DNA of 64,000 bases from Blepharisma stoltei ATCC 30299. Its lineage: Eukaryota; Protista; Ciliophora. The translations under genes were made by a program, and so were the position numbers. This document shows, piece by piece, positions 27,857-40,460 of the stretch. How positions within the stretch are numbered: the stretch's first letter is position 1; the number at the start of each line of letters is the position of its first letter. Location of the stretch: assembly GCA_965603825.1 (NCBI GenBank), contig CBFDEM010000009.1, forward strand, positions 372,001 through 436,000, written 5' to 3'. The notes under the pieces were generated by a model. It did not search any database. It was not told the DNA's origin and saw only the letters and a list, made by a program, of their open reading frames with translations.

Positions 27857-30800
27857 ATGAAGTCTTTTCCTAAGGAGAATTTGATCATAAAACTTTCGAA
27901 CAAAGTTGAGTTGTTCAAGGGAAACTCAGAACCGTCTCACTTTTTCTCACCTGAGCAAGCATCAAGTAAAATAAACCCAAATACAAGCACTCCATGTATT
28001 TGTGGCTGCAACTCTCCAATGCTTATGAACAAGAGAAACTCTAATGTAATACCATCGACCCCTAAAGAAAATTTTCTAGCCCTTTTAAAAGGTTTCCTTG
28101 AAGAATCCAGAATGCCAAAGTATAATTTAAAAGTAATTCCAGATTCCAATTATGACATATATGACCTTTTTCATTGTATATTGAAAGTAAGAAAGCACTT
28201 CGGAAGGATCAGTTGGAAGGCAGTTGGAAAAGTACTTGATGCTCAAAATTCAGGTCGGGAACTCAGAAGATCTCTAAGAGCTTTTTATAAGGATTATTTA
28301 GCAGCCTTTGAGAAATGGATTTATGAAAAGGGACCTGTTACAGTCGGCTGCATAGGAACTCAAATAGTTGTGACGATCTTAAAGGACTTCTTACCAGGCT
28401 GCTCCTCAGCTAGAAAAGAAGCTATATCTCCTAAGGAAACCGAGAGTGCACTAACTTGCGACACCAGCCACGAAGAGGCTAACGATATCCTCCCTCCAGA
28501 GATAGTTGATTTATTAGAAGATTTGATTAAAAAAGTGGAAGAAATAAAGGAAAAAGAAGAAAATGAAGACAAAACCAAAGCAAATGCCGTCATTGAAGAA
28601 GAAATAGCCATAGAAGAAGTTAAAATTGAAGAAAAACCACAAAAAAGACCACATGAAGAGGAGGAAAGTCAAAAATGTGAAGAAGATGTAGTATTTAAGC
28701 AGATGAAAATTGAAGACCATGATAGTCTCCCTGATATTGATGCACCTATTTCATCACCAATTTTTATAATAAAAAAAATTGAAGTGAGTCCTGAAAAAGT
28801 AAATAAAAATATTGCAAAAAAGCATAAAATAGAAGAAAATTTTGAAGAAAAAACTGATGAAAAAGCAGAACAGGTAAAAGAAGAGACAAAAGAAGAAAAA
28901 AAAGATATCGCAAAACCTAAAAAAGCAAAGAATATCGAAATAGTTAAAGAAGAAAAGCCAGAAAGCACTCCTACATCTCCCAAAAAAGAAAGCCCAAAGA
29001 AACAAAAAGCTAAAAAACATGAAGAAATCCCAGTGTGTAACCCCATGACATCCGAATTTCGCACCATCAACCCTGCCGACATCGGTTACCGCACAAACTT
29101 CATAAGTCGCTACCTTCCTATTGAAATGCAAGAAAACCACAAGCGTCAAGAAGAACTCCTTGACCAAGACAAAGAACCAAAACAAGTCAAAGCTGAAAGG
29201 GAATCCAAAGCTCATTTCATCAGAAAAAAGCAATCAGCCGTCAACATCAAAAGATGCTGTGGAGTAACTTACGTTAAACCCACAGAAAGCAAGCAAGAAG
29301 GGGTTTCCGAAGAATTTCCACCTTTGCCTCCTCTTGCTTTTCAAGTAGGCACCGTCGACAGACTTGTCCCCAATGAAGAGCGTCCTGAATATTTTGCATT
29401 AGCCCGAGAATTAATAAAAAATTTATTTGAGAACCAAGGAGTTGTCAGGGTGACGGTGCAGCAGTATTATACTGAAACTGATTTAAAAAGATATGTATTA
29501 GGAGAAATGAAGGATGGAGATGAAGTTTTTGTTGGGGATATGAGAATGATGTGGAGAATGCTCGGAAAAGACAATTTTGTGACGATTCATTTGCAGATGG
29601 ATGAGAAATCACTGCTAGCTCCAGCTTTGCCTGGACAAAGAGGAGATGTGCTGTTAGGATTTTTGGTGAAAAAAGGACTGTGTGGGATGAGATCTGTAAA
29701 AAGATGCTTGGGGCTTGACGAACTAGATACTGACCCACTAAATATATACGCAAGCCAAATAAGACTGGAATTATACCTACAGAAAAAGGCTTGGAAAATG
29801 GCGACTATAAAAACAAGAAAACTTCTATGTTCATTTATATATGAATTTGAAGCTTATATTCAGCGTTTTCTACTAGACTGAAACGCAGCTCGTGAAAAAA
29901 TTTATAAAAATAAAAGCATAGAGCCGATGACAGGGATTTATTCATGGAGCAAGTCTTGCAATTGCGTTTTACCCCAAACCCACGTCACCCCCACATCTAA
30001 TTGGACCTATTCCACAGCCCAGCCTCACTCAATTCTTCATAACTGTCCTGTCTGCAAATCTAACTGTACTACAGTTCTAAGTTTATATGAAAAAGGTCTT
30101 ACTGAAATGATGGACTCAAAAAATCCTCCCAATTGGTTCTATTTAATAAACACCCGCGACTCTTTTTCTTATGATCTCCACGTCAAAAAAACCATTTTAG
30201 AATGAAATGGCAAAAAAATCCTTAAGCGGGAATATTTTTTCAGAAAAAACGATTTGCCTTCAAATTATTATGATTGGGAAAAATGGCTTGAAGGAGACTT
30301 TGTAAGGGTTGGCGCAGTAAGCTACCAAGGGGCATTTACCCAGGAAGAGCTTCTAAAGCTAGAAGAAAGAGCAAGAGAGACTGAAAATGACTTCAGAAAA
30401 GGCCATTTTTTACAGAATACAGCTCAGCCTTCTTATGGAGCTGGCGGGTCTATTAAAAGAACTAAATTTTTCTTCGGAACTCGCTATATGTGGACTGCTC
30501 TTCAGCTCGCCGAAAGACAATCTCGAGTGGCAGCAGGAGTTAGGGTAGACGTAAGCGACACTCCATATTGAATGAGAAAAGAAATTCTCGAACCTTTAGA
30601 AGATTCAGGGATAATTGAAAAAGGCTTCATTAACTCAATTGCTATGAATATTTATCATGATGGAAAAGAAGGCTTAGCGCAGCATTTTGATGATGCTGTC
30701 AGGTTTAAACAGCCAATTTATACAGTAAAACTAGGAAGTGACGCAAGATTGTCATTTGGAAGCCAGTTTTATGGGTATTTAAATGGAGCTTTCTGTATAC

Positions 30801-31105
30801 CTTGCCCAAGGGGCGCTGTATGTGTGATGGAGGAATTTTCATATGCGGCGAATTCAGCGAAACATTGTGTGAGGCCTTGCGATATGAGTGGAAGGTCGAT
30901 TACGCTAATATTGAGACAGATACACCCGTTTATTATGGAGGAGGCGAGAAGATATGATGTTGAAATTGATTTGCCGACGTGGATTTCGACACTCTCACTG
31001 GAGGATAATGCAGTGCCGTATTATAAGCAGAAAGAGATGGAAGCGAGAAGACTTATGCATGAAGATAGTGAAGCTGGAAAAAAGCCAGCGACAGGAGGAT
31101 ATTAG
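27857..31105 (+). CDS. ARID-domain plus ALKBH5-like 2OG-Fe(II) dioxygenase protein, 1082 aa
   Basis: Four track ORFs in one frame joined by three TGA. ARID pattern FLxxLxxF...DIYDLF...WKAVG...LRAFYKDYLAAFE. ALKBH5-like RTKFFFG, PY[W]M, GFINS, HFDD, KHCVRP, RSITLILR. Confidence 0.88.
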
Positions 31106-31478
31106 AGATAAATTATTTAAAGCACTTTTGATTATTTGAATTTTTTGAGTTTATTCTTTATTATAAGAGGATTAAAAGGCTATTTAAATATAAAAATTTC
31201 TTTAATAGCATTGATTATTGGTTTATAATAAAGTTTTCTCTGGTTTCCCTGATTTCTATGAAATGAATATTAATAGATTTATTGATAACATTTAATTAAT
31301 CTAGAATCATATTATTTTCAACATTTTTCTATTGACACTCTTTATTTTATCCAAATCTATGAATTATCTATTTCTCACTATTTACCCTTCAGCTTTCTTA
31401 CCTTAATTCCTTTAAAAACTTAACGCAAATCCTCTTTTCTACTCTTTTCCAATTTAATTTTCAATCAATTCGAGGAGA

Positions 31479-33824
31479 ATGAATAAAATGGACAAATCTA
31501 TATCAATTAGTACCCCTTTAGTTCCTCCTCCGCCACCCCGCAAACAAGGCTGCATTCGATCAATCTTTCGTCTTCTATGCTGCTGCTGTGTCAAAAATAG
31601 CGTAAAATCTACCTAGTTAAGCATCAGAACTGAAAGGAAAAAATTTTGGGTAAAGATCAGAGACCGTCTTCTAAAGAAAAAACACTTTGATCAAGTCTAT
31701 ATCACTCTTTTAAATTTATATTCACACCAGCACGTTATATCAGACCTAGAAAAATGCCAAGTCAGCCCAGATTTCCGCAAGAAAAAACGTGAAGATTTGG
31801 AATTTTACGTCCCACAGCTCTGGTATATTTTTAATATAGTAATTTATTGCTATTTGGATTTCTAGACCACAATGAAGACTTAATCCGTGCTGTTCTTGAG
31901 TTCTGCAAAACTTCTTTTCATTTTTCCCACAGAGTTTACTGATTTTTGAAATCTACCGATTTCAGTTTATTAGATTTGCCTGGAATTGACCCTGACCAGT
32001 AATAATTTATTCAGCTTAATTGAAAGCGTTGAAAAGGTCTCTCAGGAATCACACCCAATTTACCTTGGAAAAGGCACAGAATTGTTCCAACTTATGGTGA
32101 GTATGGGGATGGAGTTCAATTTAAACAGCTCAAAAAAGAGCTTTTCTGACATTTTGGAAGAGGAGCCTGAAGATATTGCGATTTTGAGGGATTTAATTCA
32201 TGAATACAACTTGACTGGGAAGGTGGAAAGTGATATTCCGGATAAGATAAACCCAAAGTATATTCCTTTGAACCCATTTCCTAAAGGAAACATAGTTGAT
32301 GGCTATCATTCTACCCTATGGTTCGTCGAAAAACTTACTCAAATTTCTATAAGAATACTGCACAGTCCTAAAAAGTCAGAAACTCTTAAAGAAGAGCTCA
32401 AAGAACTAAACCAACTCTTACCTGCATGTGCTTATATTCCCTTTAATAATCCTATAGCTAGAAATTGTGCTGTGTTACATATAATTGCTAATGAAGCTAG
32501 AGTTTTCACGACCAAAGAAAGAGCTCCCTATAAGATTTGTGTAGAGATTTTCAGGCCTTATGAAGAACTATTAGTATTAGATCCATCCAAAAGTGCGTCT
32601 GCACTAGATAGAAGATCAGCTTCAGTGCCGTCTGTAAGATCTTTTCATCTAAATAAAACAGTTATAGAAGAAATCAAATCTGAAACTACAGATGACGGCT
32701 TTGATGAAATAATTAAAGCAATTCAAAAAGAGTCAGAAACTAATAGAAAACATAGAGAAACAATCGATGTCGCTCGTTCAAGGCCTCCTGCGCTATCATC
32801 TTCTTATATTCATTACGACAGATTAAGCATATTTGGTCAGCCTGGAAACGGAGATTTAGAAGCTGTATACGGAGGTGAAGAAGAAGATGACCAAACAGAC
32901 AAAGAAGAGTCTATAGACGAAACCAATAAAAGAGCTATTTTTAAAGAAAGCTTCAAAGAAATGGCCGAAAGAATCAGGTCCAAATCGCCTTTTGGCAAGC
33001 TGAAGACATGAGATTTATTACACATTATAGTAAAAAGTGGCGACGACCTTAGACAAGAGCAGCTAGCAATGCAGCTCATCTCCTTTTTCCAACAAACCTG
33101 AAGGGAAAAAAAGCTTGATTTGTGGCTTTATGCTTACGATATTATTGCAACTGGAGAAGGCTGTGGGATCTTAGAATGCGTCCCAGACGCCATCTCTATA
33201 GATGGGCTTAAAAAAGACCTCCCAACTGACCAAAAGACCCTTCATCATTTTTTCCAAATGCAGTTCGGCGGTGAAAAAAGCAAGCGCTCTAAAAGGGCCA
33301 AACGAGAATTCATGAAAAGCCTCGCTGGGTATAGCCTTTTATGTTATATTTTACAAATAAAAGATAGGCATAATGGGAATATTCTGATTGACAGACATGG
33401 ACATTTAATTCACATAGATTTCGGCTTCATGTTTAGCAACTCCCCAGGAGGGAACATTAATTTTGAAAAAGCCCCATTTAAGCTGACTGATGAGTTTGAA
33501 AGGGTGTTAGGAGGCAGAAGGTCTAAGCTGTTTATAGAATTTAGGTCACTTTGTGTGAAAGGGTTTATTGCACTTAAAGAAAAGGCTGAACAGATTGTGT
33601 TGTTGGTAGAAATGATGAGGTTTGGGAGTGGAGCAAGCTTAGGGTGCTTTGTGGGAGGAGAAGAAGTGACAAGAGGGCTGAGAGAAAGACTGCTGCCTAG
33701 AGAGTCGATGTCAGAAGGAGATTGTAAGGAATATATCAATTTGCTGATAGATGAGAGCTTGGATAACTGGACTACAAGATGCTATGATAGGTTTCAGTAT
33801 TGTTGTCAAAATATCTTTTATTAA
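31479..33824 (+). CDS. PI4KB: Phosphatidylinositol 4-kinase type III beta-like; introns 31602-31616, 31823-31839, 31999-32014
   Basis: FYVPQLC, TKERAPY, VKSGDDLRQE, SLAGYSLLCYILQIKDRHNGN, HIDFG, FEKAPFKLT. Confidence 0.92.
31602..31616 (+). other. 15-nt intron
   Basis: GTAAAATCTACCTAG, A at -6, in-frame TAG. Confidence 0.8.
31823..31839 (+). other. 17-nt intron
   Basis: GTATATTTTTAATATAG; removal gives FYVPQLCNLL. Confidence 0.8.
31999..32014 (+). other. 16-nt intron
   Basis: GTAATAATTTATTCAG; together with the 17-nt intron (33 nt total) it restores the frame into the kinase ORF. Confidence 0.8.
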
Positions 33825-35348
33825 TTAATTGCTTTCTAGAGTATGCTCTTGAAGTTCTTCAGAATTAAGGTCTGATTGAGGAGCATTTTGGCTAGCTTCT
33901 GGCTGAGGGTTTTCTAGAGGATTTTGTTGAATAAGACTATCCTGTTGAGCGTTATTTCTTCTTAAATGTATAAAATTGTGTGTGTTCTCGATTTCTTCCC
34001 ACTCAAAGCTCCTTAAAAGATCTCGCAACTTCGCCATCGCTTCTGCTTTAGGCTCAGGCTTCACATTTATCAAATTGCTGCATAATATTTACTTAACAGT
34101 TTCAACCGAAATAGTCGCGTTCCCTCTTATCATTTTATTAATTGCCTCTCCAACAGCTGCTGAAGACGCTCCTCCTATTATAACTCTATCAAAAATATTT
34201 TTAAATCTGCTTTTCCCTGCAATTGTAGTCAAATTTTCCATAATTGGGTAGATTTTTATATCAAATTTCTGAAAAGCAGGCAAAAAGCTTTGGCCTTGGA
34301 AATCTAAGTCAGTTTCAGGGACTGGGTCTTCTTGTTTGATTTCTTCGCCTGCCCAGTATTTTTTATATAAAATTGATTTATCTTTTTCTGGAGGAAAATG
34401 GTAATCTTGAAGAGTTTCCAGCCTTGTGATGATTCTTGTCATGTTAAATTCACTTATATCGATTGAGTTCTATATATAATTTACATGGATTCTATCCTGA
34501 TTTCCGATTTTATTCAAAATTTTGTTGCAGTCTTCACAGCAGAACACATCAGTCCCAAATGCCCAATAAGGACTCATTAAAATATCTCCCCAATAGCCTC
34601 TTACAAGCACACTGTCCCGGGTTTTTTTCTTCTGCCCAGGGATATACCCTGACATTGTCCTATTAGGACTTATATAAGTAGCCAGACGTATGTCATAAGC
34701 CACCCCGCTTTGTCTTCATTCTTTATAGTGTCTAAAAGTAACCTGTGGGGCGTATTTTTTAAACTCCCATTGATAATCCCAGTCAATTAAATTCGCTCGA
34801 TGGTCATATCTGTCTTTATAATGATACCTCAGCCTTTGATCCCTTAGCGATCCCATATCAAAAGGTGCATCTACATGCCAAGCCCTTAAAGTTTCTTCTA
34901 ATTCGTCTCTTTCCTTAAATTTCAAGCAGGAAAAATCGAAAAATTTTTTAATTTCTGACGCATTTCTATGCTGGGTAAGAATTTTTATCAGTTCTTGGGC
35001 TCGTAATGATATATAATTTGCAGTTCTTTCTCTTGTTAAAGCATTAGCATAAATATCGTAAAATAGTTCTACTCTTTCTCGTATAGGGAGCTGGACTTCA
35101 TTGATTAAATATAACAACAAAATATCCCGGGCAAGGACTTCTTTATCAGGCTCTTGGATGTAAAAATTTATTTTTGTGAAGCGGTCATGGGTGCATTCTT
35201 CAGAAAGGCTTAATAAAAGGTGCCGGATATCGCCAGAGCCTGAGATAAGGACGTTAAGTTCTGAAGATTCAGGAGAAAGAGAGAAAAGATTGAGGGCGGG
35301 AGTGAAACCCCAAAAATGGATAAATCCAATACCTTCAGCGATTTCCAT
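33825..35348 (-). CDS. DNAAF3: Dynein axonemal assembly factor 3 (PF22); introns 34470-34484 and 34078-34092
   Basis: GFIHFWGFTPALNL, GDIRHLL, LKFKERD, DQRLRYHYKDRYD, DWDY, E[TGA]RQSGVAY, RGYWGDILMSPY. Confidence 0.92.
34078..34092 (-). other. 15-nt intron
   Basis: GTAAATATTATGCAG, in-frame TAA. Confidence 0.8.
34470..34484 (-). other. 15-nt intron
   Basis: GTAAATTATATATAG, in-frame TAG. Confidence 0.85.
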
Positions 35349-35356
35349 TTTATTAA

Positions 35357-36658
35357 TTACAAAGGCTTTATAGCCCTTCCTATTTGGTTTTCCAAAGCTC
35401 TTAGCAGCTGAACTTCTTGTGAGTTTCTTAAAATTATAACAGAAATGGCATTTTTTACAGGTGAGCTGCAGCATGCTATTCTTTGGTCGTATTCTACTGC
35501 ATCAGGAGTCATCCCATCACTGCTTGGTACCCCAAGCATTATAACAACCCCTACCCCTGCCGGTTGATATTTCCTCAAAAGTGTATTTCCACACATAAGT
35601 ACCCTGATTTCTCCATCCTTAAATGCTTTTAATTTTTCATATATACTCGTTTCCTCATCCCTCATTGAGTTTACAGCATCAATAGCAGTCCCATAGCTAC
35701 TAAAAATTTCTGAAATACTTTTAAATTCTTCTTCACTATTACAAAACACTAACATCCCGCCTGCTAAAGGAAAATGGTCTTCATGGCTGATAATCTTTCG
35801 GATAGTGCCCATAAAATCGAGATTTAGCAGTTCTGTGTAAAATTGGTCAATTGTTTGGATTAGGCTTATAGGGTAGGTGATGTGGATAGGGTTCAAGCCT
35901 TTTAGGTATTGTTTGCAGAAATTTGCTTCGACTTCGTTTGTGAATTTTATTACTGCTTCGTCTGGGTAGTTTTGAGTAAAATAGATTACTGGGATGTTTT
36001 CCAGCTGGTGCTGGAGGATGTGGAGGATCACAGAAACTCCTAAAAAGGCTCTGTTTTGTTTAGAGTTGAGAATTTCTTCAGCATCGTCAATGATAAGCAT
36101 TTTAATTTGTGAGGCTTGTGATTGTGTTTGCAAAAGCGTGCTTAATCTTTTTTTTATCTGTTCTCTATCAAGACAAACAGTCATTATATCTGGCTGTCCA
36201 GCATATATATCAGAGGCTACCTCTATATTTCTACATATAATTTCTATCCAATGTTTAAGCTGCATTGCCCGAAAATGAGAGCTAACAACTCACAGAACTT
36301 TGACAGTTCTTGAAGTCGGATTCCGAGAATTTGCTTGAAGGACTGTGATTACTGATAAAATTGCTAACCCTAAGCTTTTCCCTGATCCTGGATGAGCAGT
36401 TATTGTATAAAGTCTATTCTCTGCAGTCAGTTTTTCAAAAATCTTTTCCTGCACAGCTGTCATGAATGTGGAATTTGTGACAGACTGGACTCCTTCTAAA
36501 ATTGGCTGCAAATATTCAACATCAGATCAAAAAGCCCTACATTTTTCTATATCAGATCAGTCGTCTTGGTTTCTGACTGTTTGTGGATCTTGTAAAATAG
36601 AATCAAACATTTCATTGTTTCTACCGCTTTTTTGAGGAGCTAAAGTAAGATAAGACAT
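35357..36658 (-). CDS. Divergent DEAD-box helicase-like protein (DBP5/eIF4A-like), probably inactive, 433 aa
   Basis: TAVQ, AHPGSGKS, IIDDAEE, LVFCN, AFKDGEIRVL; motif VI reads YDQRIACCS. Confidence 0.8.
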
Positions 36659-36728
36659 TTTAAATAAATTAAATATAAATTTGTATTAAAAATAGCAATC
36701 TCGAAGAATTTTTTATTAAAAATGAAGA

Positions 36729-37799
36729 TTAAGCAATAGGATATGATGGAGTCATATTGATACCACAAACTCCTTTCCCGTCAGATATAGCGATATAGAT
36801 ATAGCCTTGATCTCCCCATCCAGTTCCCCAAGAGTTCTTCACAATTCAGTTTCCTGGATGACTAGTAGTGTCAAATCCTACAATAAGTACAGCATGGTCA
36901 AGATTGGTACCGCAGTCACTTGTAACGATTCCTCCAGTGTAATGCTGCCATAAGGTCTGATCAGCTTGCACAGCTACTGAAACGGGTTTGGTAAGCACTG
37001 CCTGCATAAGAGCCTTTGGATTATTAGCAGGGACAATTGAATAGCTTGAAATTGTGGCAGTGGCTTGGGATTCAAGAGAAGTTTGACATTGTCCGCTTTT
37101 TGCTGAGTAAGGATAGATAGCCTCAGTGGTAAGTCCATATTTCATGGCAAATTTGAAAACATTCGTGACTAGGCCACCATTGCAGCCACTATTGCCATAA
37201 GAAGTTGAGCAGTCAACTAATTCTTGTTCTGAGAGGGATACAAGGGTGTGTCCTGCTAAAAACCAAGTTCCTTCAACTGCACCAGTAGCAGAGAAAGCCC
37301 AGCCTGATCCGCTGCATTGTCCTTGATTTTCGACTGGGGTTACTGCGCCTTTAGTTCTCCAATCAAATATTTGGGAGATAGCTTTGATTGGAGTATCGTC
37401 TTGGATCATTTCTTCATCGCTAGGGACATATTCATATTGATTAGGTGTATAAAGAGCTTTGAATTCATCATGGGTAAGGTCAGCGAACTGGGTTACACCA
37501 AGAATGTAGGTTTTACCAAGAGTGTTGTGGACTCGGGCATATGCAGCGTTATCTCTGAAAATTCTGAAACGAGCATTAAATTCATCAATGCTTTTGTATA
37601 GCTTATTAAATTTGGCAGTGAATTTCAAAAATTCTTGCTCCTCAATCTCATATTGGTTGAGAGCAAATTTATTTGAGTCTTTTGAGTTAATAGCTATACT
37701 GAAAACTACTCATATAGCAGCTAGAAGAATTAAAATTCCAGCAAACACTTTATTTCTGATAATGGGTTTTGGTTTATAACTGAAGTACAGATTTTCTAT
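36729..37799 (-). CDS. Papain-family (C1A) cathepsin L-like copy 1; catalytic Cys replaced by Gly; ATA at the paralogous start position (possible pseudogene)
   Basis: I29 prodomain, [14 protein letters not shown], [TGA]IVKNSWG. N-terminus is [10 protein letters not shown] versus [10 protein letters not shown] in copy 2; in-frame TAA just upstream. Confidence 0.8.
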
Positions 37800-38072
37800 T
37801 GTATTTTATGTCCAATAGTTTTGAATGGGTTTTATTCTTTATAAGAAATGGTAAGCAATAATTTAGCTAGTAAAATGATTTAATAAGAAATAGAAGACAA
37901 TGAGTTTAATTTATTATTAATTAGAGCCCTAAAAATATCTCACAAATTAAATTAATTATTTCACCATCTCTATTTATTTTTAATAAGGCATTTTTGAATA
38001 AAGAAATATAGCAAATAGCAATATTGACATCTTATATATTTTAGCTAAACGCAACAGCTTAAATGATTAAGT

Positions 38073-38120
38073 TTAAGCAATAGAATACGATGGATTCATA
38101 TTGCATCCGCAAACCCCTTT
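38073..38120 (-). pseudogene. Cathepsin C-terminal remnant
   Basis: Translates KGVCGCNMNPSYSIA*, with a 3' flank similar to copy 3. Confidence 0.8.
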
Positions 38121-38633
38121 TTTGAAAATATTTTATAAGGATAAAATTATTTTAGCTACACATTTAGCCTTAAGATCTAATACATAAAGAATTGCTTCAA
38201 TCTTAATTCTAAACCCTAAGAATTTAAGCCAAATCAAGAAATAAATTGCATTTTATATTAACAAACATATTTTTTTGGCAGTCAAAGATCATGCTATTTA
38301 AAATTCTTTACTGAAGAAAGATAAAGCGATTCATTTGAATTAAATGTGAATACTTAATACCAAATAAAGGCATTTAAGAGTAATAATCTTACTTAAATAT
38401 TTTACTTGCTAGCTATTATAGCTATATTATTGTAAAAATAACAGCTTTTATTGAGAAGAAACAGGAAAAACTTTAATATCTGATACTTCAAAAGGATGCA
38501 AAATTTTATTTTATAAATATTAAATGGCTTGCTGCTTTCACAGACTGGTTAATGAGAATGATGTAAAATACAAGCATCATTAAAAGTGATGGCCTTTAAT
38601 AAATTTAAATAAAGTAAGGCTAAGTGATTAAGC

Positions 38634-39692
38634 TTAAACAATAGGGTATGATGCATACATATTGATGCCACATACTCCATTGCCATTAGAAGCAGCGATC
38701 CTAATGTATCCTTGCTCTCCCCAGTTTGTTCCCCAAGAGTTCTTCACAATCCAATATTGTGGCTTGGCAGCCATATCATACCCAACAACGAGGACAGCAT
38801 GATTAACTCCGGTTCCGCAATCACTTGATACAATCCCTGAAACATAGTGTTGCCATGCTGGCTGATCGGCTTGTACAAGAACTGAAACTGGCCTTGCCGC
38901 AACTGCTTGCATAAGGGTACTTGATGAATTAGGAGAAACATATCCGTAATTACTGATTTTGGCTGCAACTTTTGCTTCAAGAGAAGTTTGACATTGTCCT
39001 ACTGATCCTGTATAAGGATAGTTGCTTTCAGTGGTAAGTCCATTATCAATAACGAAGTCAAAAGCGTAGTCCATTACACCGCCATTGCATCCTAAATTGC
39101 CATATGAAGATGAACAGTCAACTAACTCTTGTTCAGAAAGCGATATAAGGGAACGTTTAGCTATAGCCCAAGCTCCTTCAACAGCTCCAGTCGTTGAAAA
39201 GGCCCAACATGAGCCACATTGTCCTTGATCTTTAACTGGAGTGACTGCACGCTGGGTTCTCCAATCATATTTTGAATAGACAACTTCGAGTGGAGAGTCA
39301 TCAGTAGTTGGTCTTTGCTCTCTAGGAGTATATGAGCTAGTATAAAGAGCTTTGAACTCTTCATGGGTGAGGTCAGAGAATTTGGTTTGGCCTAGTATAT
39401 AGCTTTTTCCAAGGGTATTGTGGATTCTTGCATAGGCGATATTATCCCTGAAAATCTTAAAGCGAGCATTGAACTCTTCTACACTTTCGTATACTTTGCT
39501 ATATTTAGCAATGAATCCTTGAAACTCTTGCTCCTCGATTTCATACTGTTGGAGAAGAATATTTTTTGAGTTGCTTGAATTAGCAGACAATGTTGCAACA
39601 ACTCCTAAAATAGCTATAAGAGCTAAAGCTCCAAGAATAACCTTCTTTTTGCTGCTGGTTTCTGGTTTATGACTGAAGTACAGGCTTTCCAT
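38634..39692 (-). CDS. Cathepsin L-like cysteine protease copy 2 (catalytic residues intact)
   Basis: [21 protein letters not shown]; N-terminal TM segment and I29 prodomain. Confidence 0.95.
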   Translation of the reverse strand: MESLYFSHKPETSSKKKVILGALALIAILGVVATLSANSSNSKNILLQQYEIEEQEFQGFIAKYSKVYESVEEFNARFKIFRDNIAYARIHNTLGKSYILGQTKFSDLTHEEFKALYTSSYTPREQRPTTDDSPLEVVYSKYDWRTQRAVTPVKDQGQCGSCWAFSTTGAVEGAWAIAKRSLISLSEQELVDCSSSYGNLGCNGGVMDYAFDFVIDNGLTTESNYPYTGSVGQCQTSLEAKVAAKISNYGYVSPNSSSTLMQAVAARPVSVLVQADQPAWQHYVSGIVSSDCGTGVNHAVLVVGYDMAAKPQYWIVKNSWGTNWGEQGYIRIAASNGNGVCGINMYASYPIV

Positions 39693-40460
39693 ATTATTAT
39701 AGCCATAATTTGTCAATGGCTCTTATGCATGTAAAAATGCTTTTAATCTTAGCAAACAAAATTAAATTGATCAAAATTTGACTTATAATAAGGCGAAATG
39801 ACAGATTGCAAAAACAAAGAAAAAGTGCTTATATTTTTATTCATAAACCAGGTTAAATACAGGACAAAATACTTATGTTTTTATATATATTTAGCTAATA
39901 GGTCGAAATCTTGCAACAGTTACAGATTCTAATTCAAAGATTTTAAGCTCAGCTAATTACTATAAAAAATTACTTTAGTCTAGGGATAATTAATTTACTT
40001 ATCCAAAAAGCAAGGCCTTATTTGATTCGTAATTTCAAAAATAAAAATAATCTTAGATTATCCTCATTTTATCATCCATTTATATTGATATATTTAATTA
40101 AAGAATCTTCTTTAAGCTATCAACTTCAAAAATACAACAAAAATCAATATCTTTTAAGATTTAATTTAAATCGAATAGTAATTTAACCTATTAAATAATA
40201 AATTGATGACGAATGCTATTAATGTCTTTTATTTGAATAAATAATTTATGCTTTTTGATTCTTTCAAACTTTATATCTGAATCATAAAGAGCTTATTAGG
40301 GATGGCTACTTAAATTCGCATATCCAAACATAAAAGTAGGACAATCAATTATCAGTTTTATAATCTCTTATTAAAGCTCGGTATGAGTAGAAAATCTAAT
40401 AATATTAAGCTTTAATTTTTTGTAATTTTAGAATCTATGTAGAAGGGAATCTCGAAAGGA

